Below, one piece after another: positions 37,330 through 44,673 of a stretch of DNA of 51,778 nucleotides. Within the stretch, counting starts at the first letter, position 1. Each line of letters starts with the position of its first letter. Below the pieces are notes generated by a model. It had not been told where the DNA came from. It ran no database searches and saw nothing but the letters and a program-made list of their open reading frames with translations. This stretch comes from a virus (Duplodnaviria > Caudoviricetes): IMG/VR virus record IMGVR_UViG_3300032069_000864, positions 1 to 51,778 of that record; one strand, 5' to 3'. Position numbers and translations under genes: made by a program.

Positions 37330-38580
37330 CTACGCGGCCGGCGTGCCGACCACCAGCACGTCCACCAGCAGGCCCGCGGTTGGCGTCTCGGCATAGATGT
37401 CGAAGCCCGTCGTCGCCTTGTTGTAGGCGCTGATCACATCGGATGTCCCGGGCGCGTTCGTCACCGGAGTGAGCATGACCGTGTACGTGGCGTTCGCCAT
37501 GTCCTTGGCCAGCCCGAGGCCCACATTGCCATAGTCGCTCTGGGTGTTGGTGAATCCGAGTTCGGTATTCTCGGTGCCGTTGCCGACCACGAGGCTCGAG
37601 CTGCCACCGGTCCCCGTGGCGCTGATCCGGACCTTGGTGCCCTCCGCCACGGCCACGATCTGCGCGTGGAGCGCGTCGATGATCGTGGCCACCTGGGCCG
37701 CCATGGCTCGCGCCAGGATTGGCACATCGCCCGTGCCGGCCGCCTCGGTGCCGCCGTTGGCCACCCCGAGCTTGAGTTCGGCGCTGCAGTCGTGATCGGC
37801 CGCCGGCGTGACCACCACGGCGCTCGTCGTACCTTTATTGCCCGACGTGATCACGTAGTGATCGGTCGAGTAGGCCACGGTCACCGCCGCGAAGTCACCG
37901 CCCTGGACCCGAATGACGGTCTGCATCTGGGCCGCGACCTTGGCCCCGGTGTTGCAGCCGCCGCCGGCCGTCCAGTCAAAGGTGAAGCTGACGGCAGCGC
38001 CGCCGTCCACCGCCACCTTCAACTTGGTTTCCGGCTCCGCGCTCATATCCGTCTTGGCCCCGGCCACTCCGGTGCTCGTCCCAGCCGCGCCAGTCACCGT
38101 CCAGGTCTGGTTGCCCACGGCATTGGGGTTGATGATGAACGTGTTGCCCACCGTGAGCGCGAAGGGCCCGTCCTCGCTGCTCAGCAGGGTGGCCGCCAGG
38201 CTGGGCGCCGAGAAGAGCAGGCTGGTCGGGTTGCCTCCTGCCAGCGCCACCTGACCCCGGAACAGCCGCTCGCCGGCCGCCGGGCCGCCCAACGGGTCCT
38301 CGATCAGGGCAACGCCCGAATCGAGCTTGTCCGCGGTCACGGCGCCATCTGCGAGCTGATCGGTGTCAACCCCGCCGTCCTTCACCTGGATGCCATCGTC
38401 GCCGATGGCTACAGTCGTGTCGTCCACGACCGTCGAGACGGTGCCGTCTGTGATGTCAACGCCATCGCCGGCCACGAGTCCGCCGGACTCAGCGTTCCGA
38501 ATGAGTGTGCCCAGGTCCAGGTCACCAGCGACCGGGCACATCTCCTTGAGTTTCGTGATCTCCACGTCCGTGATGGCCAT
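37330..38580 (-). CDS. Head fibre/decoration protein
   Basis: Directly after the capsid gene; VKDGGVDTDQLADGAVTADKL fibre motif; G/A/T-rich. Confidence 0.7.
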   Translation of the reverse strand: MAITDVEITKLKEMCPVAGDLDLGTLIRNAESGGLVAGDGVDITDGTVSTVVDDTTVAIGDDGIQVKDGGVDTDQLADGAVTADKLDSGVALIEDPLGGPAAGERLFRGQVALAGGNPTSLLFSAPSLAATLLSSEDGPFALTVGNTFIINPNAVGNQTWTVTGAAGTSTGVAGAKTDMSAEPETKLKVAVDGGAAVSFTFDWTAGGGCNTGAKVAAQMQTVIRVQGGDFAAVTVAYSTDHYVITSGNKGTTSAVVVTPAADHDCSAELKLGVANGGTEAAGTGDVPILARAMAAQVATIIDALHAQIVAVAEGTKVRISATGTGGSSSLVVGNGTENTELGFTNTQSDYGNVGLGLAKDMANATYTVMLTPVTNAPGTSDVISAYNKATTGFDIYAETPTAGLLVDVLVVGTPAA

Positions 38581-38607
38581 GATCTCTTTCTTCTCCTGAT
38601 CAGGATT

Positions 38608-38628
38608 GCCCGGGCCAGCGGCCCGGGC
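38608..38628 (-). terminator. GC hairpin after the major capsid gene
   Basis: GCCCGGGCC-agc-GGCCCGGGC; no clear U-tract. A similar hairpin lies at 37281-37301. Confidence 0.4.
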
Positions 38629-38637
38629 TCACCGGTC

Positions 38638-39624
38638 CTACGCCAGATCCTGAAGGGATGCCATCACGTACGGGTTCAGGACCCGCAACTGCGCGTAGTG
38701 GATGATCCACATGCGCAACGCATCGCCGCTGTTGCCCATGACCAGGATGCCGAAGCCAGGGGTGCCTGGCGCGGTGATGATGGGCCGCAACTCCTTCGCC
38801 AGCGGCGAGTTGCTGGTAACCGGGAGCTGCTGGTAGTCGAACTTCGAGGTGTCCACCGCATCCATCCGGCCCGTGGTATAGCCCGGCACCTGGATCACCG
38901 GCGTGCCCTCGAAATCGAGGGCGAGGTAGCCACCGGACAGCCGCTGTGGCGTCTGCCGGCGCTCGCCCTTATACAGGGCGCCGAAGTTCCGCCACTGGGT
39001 CGGTCCGCACCAGATCTCCAGGGCCGACGGATCGGCCCCGCGGAGCTTGATGGTGTCAACCATGTCCGCCACCAGCGCCTCGGTCAGGTTCCGCGGCGTG
39101 CCGCCATTGGAGAGCACGTAGGCCTTCCACCAGGTGTAGGTCCCACGGTCCAGCCCGGCATAGGTGCCGGTGTCCGCGATCCCCGCCAGGATCCCGGTGA
39201 TGGCCTTGCCGGAGAAGGTCGTCCCGTCCCCCAGGGTCTGGGTGTTGATGCTCACCTTGAGATCCTGGATCGCCTTCTCCACTTCGTCGGTCAGGGCATT
39301 CATCAACATCCCGCCCTGCTCGCTGATCGCCAGGGTGAGCCCGGAGATGCCCACGCGCGCCCGCACCGACTTGTAGGCCAGGGTCGCCTTCTTGTACTGC
39401 TGCTTGCCCGTGGTCCCGTCGTCGGTGTCGGTCTCATCGTAGGCCGCGACCTCCGAGTTGCCCGCGTAGTTCACCCGCCAGGAGAGGTCTGGAGTGCCTT
39501 CCCGCACCCGACCCCGCTCCACCATGCGGCTGTAGAAGAAGACGTCCCTCGTCAACGCCTGCACGAACAGCGGGCTGTAGTTCTGTGCCAGGTTGTCGAC
39601 GATATCCGCCAGCTGCAGCGCCAT
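38638..39624 (-). CDS. Major capsid protein (HK97 fold)
   Basis: 328 aa after the scaffold; GDGT....AITGI......TYAGLDR..Y.WW and F.G.PVI motifs. Confidence 0.88.
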   Translation of the reverse strand: MALQLADIVDNLAQNYSPLFVQALTRDVFFYSRMVERGRVREGTPDLSWRVNYAGNSEVAAYDETDTDDGTTGKQQYKKATLAYKSVRARVGISGLTLAISEQGGMLMNALTDEVEKAIQDLKVSINTQTLGDGTTFSGKAITGILAGIADTGTYAGLDRGTYTWWKAYVLSNGGTPRNLTEALVADMVDTIKLRGADPSALEIWCGPTQWRNFGALYKGERRQTPQRLSGGYLALDFEGTPVIQVPGYTTGRMDAVDTSKFDYQQLPVTSNSPLAKELRPIITAPGTPGFGILVMGNSGDALRMWIIHYAQLRVLNPYVMASLQDLA

Positions 39625-39651
39625 TCTGATTTCCTTTTCCGCGAGCGGCTC

Positions 39652-40359
39652 CTACCCGTTCAGGGACTGCATCCGCCGCTTCGCCTCCTCAAACGTCTTG
39701 GGGGGTTCCTTCTCCGGTGTCTTCGGATCTGGATTGCTCGGTCCCCCGATCGGCGGTTTCGGCGACTGCGACTGCACCAGATAGGGACGATCCTTGACCA
39801 GTTGCTCCAGGGCGGCCTCGAGGCCGACCACCGCGCCATTCTCCACCTTCACGTTGGCCCACTCCGGAGATGCCTTCGCCAGCAGATAGGCCGCCTCGGT
39901 GTCCCCGATGTTCACCTTGCTGGCCGCCGTGGCGAATGTGGTCTTGAGGCTCAGGTCGGCGAGTTGCTCGATGGCCCGAACCTTCTCGGCTCGCTCCAGG
40001 TCGAGCAACTCCTTGAACTTCCCCTGGTCCTCGAGTTTCTTGCGCTTCCGCTCGGCCTCCGCGTCCTCGTGCTCCTTGACCTTCGCCTCGAGCGTCCGCT
40101 TCTCGGCCGCGTAGGTATTGAGCCGCTGCTGCACGCCGCCCTTGAACTGATCGTCGTTCAGCACCAGCGGTTCTCCGCGCGCGACCGCCGCGGCCTGCTC
40201 GGCCGTCAGGGCAATCCCCTGTGGAGCTGGCGGGTCCTTGGGCGGGTCGGCCGGCGGCTTCGGCGGATCCTTGGGCGAATCACTACCACCCCCACCTCCG
40301 CCACCTCCACCATCTCCGTCCGCCGCAAAGAAGCACAGATGTGGAAACCATCGTCCCAT
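39652..40359 (-). CDS. Capsid scaffolding protein
   Basis: Gly/Pro-rich N-terminus, coiled coil with QGKFKEL, L.KDRPYLV, GGPSNP tail. Confidence 0.85.
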   Translation of the reverse strand: MGRWFPHLCFFAADGDGGGGGGGGGSDSPKDPPKPPADPPKDPPAPQGIALTAEQAAAVARGEPLVLNDDQFKGGVQQRLNTYAAEKRTLEAKVKEHEDAEAERKRKKLEDQGKFKELLDLERAEKVRAIEQLADLSLKTTFATAASKVNIGDTEAAYLLAKASPEWANVKVENGAVVGLEAALEQLVKDRPYLVQSQSPKPPIGGPSNPDPKTPEKEPPKTFEEAKRRMQSLNG

Positions 40360-40492
40360 GTGATGCCTCGCTCCTCGTGTCCGCTTGCGCGGATCCCGTA
40401 TTCGCCCGGCGGCGATCTGCTCGGCTTTCTGCGGTCCGAGCGACCTTATCTCTCCGCTCTCTCGCGGCGGGTGCGCTCAGTTCAACTCGACG

Positions 40493-40654
40493 TCATTTGC
40501 TCTTCGGCCGTGCCGGCTTCTCCGGCTTGGGGCGGTATCCGCTGGCATGTGCAGCACGGCCCTGCCGCGCCGCCTTTGCCTTCCCGCCCGGGCCGCGGTA
40601 GACCTTACCGTGGCTCCCCCATTGATAGCCGCCCTTCTTCGGATGCACCGGCAT
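40493..40654 (-). CDS. Small basic phage protein (53 aa)
   Basis: MPVHPKKGGYQWGSHGKVY...KAARQGRAAHASG, a pattern I recognise from phage head clusters. Confidence 0.75.
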   Translation of the reverse strand: MPVHPKKGGYQWGSHGKVYRGPGGKAKAARQGRAAHASGYRPKPEKPARPKSK

Positions 40655-40673
40655 GCTCGGCCTCTGCCTGCCC

Positions 40674-40790
40674 AAACGAAAACGGCGAGCGTTTCCGATG
40701 CCCACTCTCCCGGTCTCGCTCCATCCGTAGACGGTGCCGAGAGAATTCAGCATCAGAAACGCCCGCCGCGTAGTTGCTACGAAGGCAGGC
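40674..40790 (-). terminator. Attenuator: antiterminator hairpin overlapping an intrinsic terminator
   Basis: GCCUGCC-UU-CGUAG-CAA-CUACG-C-GGCGGGC (40790-40761) competes with an about 20-bp stem (40769-40749 with 40702-40682) followed by a U-rich tail. Confidence 0.65.
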
Positions 40791-40834
40791 ACTCTTCAAT
40801 TGTCGGTCCGCGGTGGCCCCCGCGTTCCGGCGCC

Positions 40835-40863
40835 ACTATACTCGCCGGCCTATCCCCTGTCAA
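40835..40863 (-). promoter_or_regulatory. Sigma70 promoter upstream of the capsid operon
   Basis: TTGACA-17nt-TATAGT. Confidence 0.8.
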
Positions 40864-41084
40864 GCGGTCGCGCGAAAAAGTGCCAGGGTCCTTCTTCGCC
40901 GTGCCCTGATCCGTCTCGCCCGATTTCCCCGGCGCCGGCAGGCGAAATACCGCCGTTGCTCCACCATGTCGAGCGCCACCTGCCGATGATACGGATCTCC
41001 GATCGCCCTGGCCTGGTAGACTGTGTGCACTGTCGCCGTCTGGATCGCCGCCTTCGCGAACCGCTTGTACTCACGTTCTGTCAT
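40860..41084 (-). CDS. Small Arg-rich hypothetical protein
   Basis: ATG 41084 (MTEREYKRFAK...), 74 aa, weak AGGA RBS. Confidence 0.5.
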   Translation of the reverse strand: MTEREYKRFAKAAIQTATVHTVYQARAIGDPYHRQVALDMVEQRRYFACRRRGNRARRIRARRRRTLALFRATA

Positions 41085-41110
41085 GATCCTGTGCCCCGTT
41101 CCGCTCGAGC

Positions 41111-41121
41111 TGTGGTATACT
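41111..41121 (+). promoter_or_regulatory. Extended -10 promoter convergent on the minor head/toxin gene
   Basis: TGTGGTATACT; the predicted start near 41128 coincides with the first base of the structured element. Confidence 0.6.
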
Positions 41122-41127
41122 GGATTT

Positions 41128-41211
41128 GCCGCTCGAGGTAGAAAATCCGCCCACGATCCAGAGGCTCCAAGGGCCAAGGGGATGCGGGGACCGGCGGTCC
41201 CGCCGAGCGGC
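41128..41211 (+). ncRNA. Candidate tRNA-shaped structured ncRNA
   Basis: 8-bp closing stem GCCGCTCG/CGAGCGGC, two internal arms, possible CCGCC:GGCGG pseudoknot. The strand is inferred from the promoter. Confidence 0.55.
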
Positions 41212-41216
41212 GTGTC

Positions 41217-42632
41217 CTATCCCTTGGCTCGTGACTCATCCCGCTCGAATTCCTTCTGCCTCGCGTATCGCAAGCTCGCTATCGAGTTCTGGGTCTCGCC
41301 TTCCTCCCGCGAAACGATCACCGCCGCGCGTAGGTATCGGTCCTCCTCCTGGAGGTAGAAGATCGCCACGTTCGGATCCGCGCGATTGGGGAACACCGCG
41401 GTCGGGTTGCTCAAGAGCTCTGGCAGAAGGTGCTCCACCTCTTTCACATCCGGGTGCATGGTGAGGTAGTGCTCTCGCCGCTCTCCGGTCAACACCACGC
41501 CGGTCTTTCCAGCCTCGAACCTCTGCGCGACCTGAGGCGGAAGATTCCCGATCGATACCACCTCCCGCGGGCTGAGAGCGGTGATGCGTCCGACCAGTGT
41601 CCGCTGTTCCCGGGCCGCTCGTCTTTCCAGCCGTGCCCGACCTTCGGCCGCCTGCTGCACCAGCCGCTCCCGCTCGGCCTTGGCCACCCCGGGGAATGCT
41701 GATCGGAACCGCCGTTGCAGTTCCGCCGGGCTCTGGTCGAGGATGCTTGGGTCCTTCACGAAGCCCGCTTTTCGTTGCGCCGCGCTCTTGTAGCGCATCA
41801 CGAACGGTCGGAGCACATGCCGGCAGTTGGGATGGAATGGCGGGCCCCCGTTGATCGCGCTGAGCGGCGGATATCCGTCCAGCGGCTCACCGGTGAGAGA
41901 GACCACCACGTTCTCATAGTACCGGCAGAAGTCGGCCGCACCGTGCGCCGATACCTGCGCGAGTTGGACCCCATGGTCCAGGAGTCGGTCAACCGTGCCC
42001 TGCACATTCGCTTGCCGCGTCGTCGTCCGCGCCACCATCTCCGTATATCTGTCGAGGTCCCAGTCCCGCCCGAGCCGATCGGTGAAGAGCAACCGGCCTT
42101 TGGAGACCAGTTGCTCCTTGATCTCCGTGCTGGTCTCGATGCGCGTCCACCCCTCCGCAATCCCCTTGGCCGTCGCCTCGATCCCAACACGGCGGAAGAG
42201 GTCGTCAACCCGCCGCCCGATCTCTGCATTGGCGAACAGCAACGTCCGCTGCATCTCCTGGACCGCCAGGGCCACCGCCTCCCGGTTCACCAATGCGAAT
42301 ACCTGCGGCTTTGTTGGCCGGGTGTTGATGCCCACCCGACGCAGCCGCCGCATCTCCTGGTCCGCGAAGGTGATCCCGGCCTGATAGTTGAGGGGAAGGT
42401 TCGTGCTGATCCAGGCCGCGGCCTCGTCATCGAGCCCCGCCAAGATCTCATGGTACTGGATCAGGAGAGCTCGCGCGCGAATCCGTTGCGCCGCCGTGGA
42501 ACTGGCCCGGGCCAAAATCTGCAGCACATCCGCCGCCGCCTGCCGGTAGATCGCCACCAGCGAATCTATCGCATCGGGCGTGAACGCCGCCGCGAAGGCC
42601 TGTGCTCGCTCTACCGGTATCGCGACTGGCAT
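41217..42632 (-). CDS. Minor capsid (MuF-like) protein with C-terminal PBECR2-like RNase domain
   Basis: DRLGRDW.L..Y.EMVARTT, VSAHGA...C..YEN and PPFHPNCRH mark the minor capsid domain. The last about 120 aa (VVLTGERREHYLTMHP...LSNP..VF..R...N..IFY...YLRAAV....NSIASL) fit the Barnase-EndoU-ColicinE5/D-RelE-like pattern. Confidence 0.8.
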   Translation of the reverse strand: MPVAIPVERAQAFAAAFTPDAIDSLVAIYRQAAADVLQILARASSTAAQRIRARALLIQYHEILAGLDDEAAAWISTNLPLNYQAGITFADQEMRRLRRVGINTRPTKPQVFALVNREAVALAVQEMQRTLLFANAEIGRRVDDLFRRVGIEATAKGIAEGWTRIETSTEIKEQLVSKGRLLFTDRLGRDWDLDRYTEMVARTTTRQANVQGTVDRLLDHGVQLAQVSAHGAADFCRYYENVVVSLTGEPLDGYPPLSAINGGPPFHPNCRHVLRPFVMRYKSAAQRKAGFVKDPSILDQSPAELQRRFRSAFPGVAKAERERLVQQAAEGRARLERRAAREQRTLVGRITALSPREVVSIGNLPPQVAQRFEAGKTGVVLTGERREHYLTMHPDVKEVEHLLPELLSNPTAVFPNRADPNVAIFYLQEEDRYLRAAVIVSREEGETQNSIASLRYARQKEFERDESRAKG

Positions 42633-42645
42633 CCGTCCTCAATCC

Positions 42646-44064
42646 CTACGGCTGCCCGCCGTCCGATGCCCCACCGTTGGTCGGCACGGTCCGGGTTCCG
42701 AGTAGCGCGGCTTCCTGCTCCTGCTCCTCCGCGATGCGCTCCATCTCCGCGTCCACGGCTTCGGGGCCATCCAGGCGCCGGATCGAACTCTCGATGGAGG
42801 TATTCCCGGCCGCCCGCCGCAGCGACTCCTGGCGGGTGAGCTGATCCAGGTCCTCGGGCAGACCGTCCGCCCATTGGATAGATACCGGCGCCGGCTCGTA
42901 GCCGGCTCCACCATGAATCTGCTCCAATTGCTGCGCCGCGTAGAGCACGGCCTTGAGTCCGCGGTCGAAGTAGAGCCGCTTCCGGTTGATCTTCGCGACG
43001 GTCCGGATCAGGCGGAGCCGGAGCGCCGTTCCGCTCGCCGCGATTCCGAACTTGTCCAGACCAAAGATGCTCGGCCCGGTCTCGCTCAGGATGAAGAGCA
43101 GCTCCATGAGGCGGTCAATGTAACTGAAGGCCGCCGTGAGTTGCGCATCCCAGGTGAGGTACTTGACATCATCCTCCCCCGGCTCCTTGATGATGACGTC
43201 CAACTTGTCGAGCTGCAGTTTCCCGTCCTCATCGAGCATGGAAGGCGGCGCCACCAGCCGCGGCGCCACGTGCTTGTCGAGCACGGTGTCCACCATGCTC
43301 ATGCGGTTGTTCAGCGCCTCGATCAGGCTCTCCAGGCCCTGATAGTCGCTGATCCCCCAGAAGCGGCTGCCATAGCGGAAGTTCGGGACGTGGTACAGCG
43401 GAATCTCAGTGAGGCCGGTCTCCACCTCCGCCGGAAGGTCAACGTACTCCGGCAGGTAAGTGATCTCGATCTCCTCTGCCTCTTGGGTATTCGGACTCAG
43501 GCGGAACAGGCGGTTTCGGATAATCCCTGGCTCGTGCTCCTCCACCCGTACCAGTTGGCGCTTCGGATCGAAGGGGTCTGCCTTGAGCCAGGCCAGCGAC
43601 GCCCGCACCACTTGCCGGACGTTGTCCTCGGAGAACTCCGGGAAGTAGATCGTGACTGGCACTTCCTCGATCAGCGCCTCGGGCTTCTCGCTCTGCGGCG
43701 TGCGCAGACCCCATCGCGCCTTGAGCAGCATGTCCCCGCGGAAGCTCCCCGCCAGGGCCGCTTCGTACGCCAACACGACTAGGTCGTTCTCCTTCACCAG
43801 TCGGCCGACGGCCTCGAGCGCCCCGGTGTTCGTCTCGTCCGCGACGGTGAAGTCCGGGGGTTCGCCCACCAGCATATCCGCGCACAGCGTGCTCAGCATG
43901 CCGGCGAAGTTCGCGGTGATGTAGCGAAGCAACTGGTACTTGCCTCCCGTCTTCACCTTGAACACGTCCGCGTGCTGCGCCAAGAACAGGGCCTCGTATC
44001 TCGAATACCGGCCCAAGCGCGCCTCCGCCCCCGCTGGGGGATACACCTTCCAGTTGATCGCCAT
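42646..44064 (-). CDS. Portal protein (SPP1 gp6/A118-like)
   Basis: ITANFA..L....AD..VGEPP, HVPN...FWGISDY, YLTWD, SGTALRLR, I.WADGLP.D. Confidence 0.92.
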   Translation of the reverse strand: MAINWKVYPPAGAEARLGRYSRYEALFLAQHADVFKVKTGGKYQLLRYITANFAGMLSTLCADMLVGEPPDFTVADETNTGALEAVGRLVKENDLVVLAYEAALAGSFRGDMLLKARWGLRTPQSEKPEALIEEVPVTIYFPEFSEDNVRQVVRASLAWLKADPFDPKRQLVRVEEHEPGIIRNRLFRLSPNTQEAEEIEITYLPEYVDLPAEVETGLTEIPLYHVPNFRYGSRFWGISDYQGLESLIEALNNRMSMVDTVLDKHVAPRLVAPPSMLDEDGKLQLDKLDVIIKEPGEDDVKYLTWDAQLTAAFSYIDRLMELLFILSETGPSIFGLDKFGIAASGTALRLRLIRTVAKINRKRLYFDRGLKAVLYAAQQLEQIHGGAGYEPAPVSIQWADGLPEDLDQLTRQESLRRAAGNTSIESSIRRLDGPEAVDAEMERIAEEQEQEAALLGTRTVPTNGGASDGGQP

Positions 44065-44090
44065 GACCTCGCTCCTCAGTTCTCGCCGCC

Positions 44091-44101
44091 TGTGCTATAC
44101 T
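44091..44101 (+). promoter_or_regulatory. Extended -10 promoter of a moron gene
   Basis: TGTGCTATACT followed by AAGGA RBS and ATG 44122. Confidence 0.65.
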
Positions 44102-44121
44102 TGCCGGGAAAGGAACCGCCC

Positions 44122-44673
44122 ATGTCCCGCTTCCACCGTGTCGCCATCGCGCTGGCCCTGATCCTGCTTACCATCATCGCCTTCGTCCAGATCTCCTCAT
44201 GGTTGGATTCGCAGAGGTTGAAGGGTCAGGCCCGCATTGCCGCGGAACTCGCCGCGAAGGCCGAGAAGAAGGCCCGGACGGAGGCTATCATCCAGTCCTG
44301 GCTTGAGTTCGCCCTGGACCTTCATGCCGCCATGAATGACGGCTCTGGCCCCACCCGAGCCCAGATAACCCGGATTCAGACGTTGATGGACGAAACCGCG
44401 GATGTCTTCCCGGAATTCGTCGACGTCGACCGCAACACCGGACATTGCCGGGCTCTGGCCAAGTACCCATTCCCTGGAACCTACCCCCTTGATGATATCA
44501 CCTACCCTCGCGTAGAACTCGCCCGCGTCATCTGCGAGGCCAGCCCGCTGGTGACCGAGCATCTTTCGGAACCCCAGGCCCGAGGACGCGCTTCCATTGT
44601 CTGGGATGCCCTCAGAACACTGGCCGTGAACGACCCATCCCGCTCCCATCTTCCACCGGCCACGGCCCCTTAA
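44122..44673 (+). CDS. Membrane-anchored hypothetical protein (moron)
   Basis: MSRFHRVAIALALILLTIIAFV N-terminal TM helix; own promoter; opposite strand to the late operon. Confidence 0.75.
   Translation: MSRFHRVAIALALILLTIIAFVQISSWLDSQRLKGQARIAAELAAKAEKKARTEAIIQSWLEFALDLHAAMNDGSGPTRAQITRIQTLMDETADVFPEFVDVDRNTGHCRALAKYPFPGTYPLDDITYPRVELARVICEASPLVTEHLSEPQARGRASIVWDALRTLAVNDPSRSHLPPATAP

Noticed and set aside
37666-40773. Long + strand ORFs (1035 aa here; also 21733-24321, 1473-3002, 10703-12211)
   Set aside because: Shadow ORFs antisense to well-supported genes in high-GC DNA; Arg/Gly/Pro-rich with no motifs.
41128-41211. Canonical tRNA gene
   Set aside because: No TTC T-loop, no proper D-arm, no U33 anticodon loop and no CCA; kept only as a tRNA-shaped candidate.
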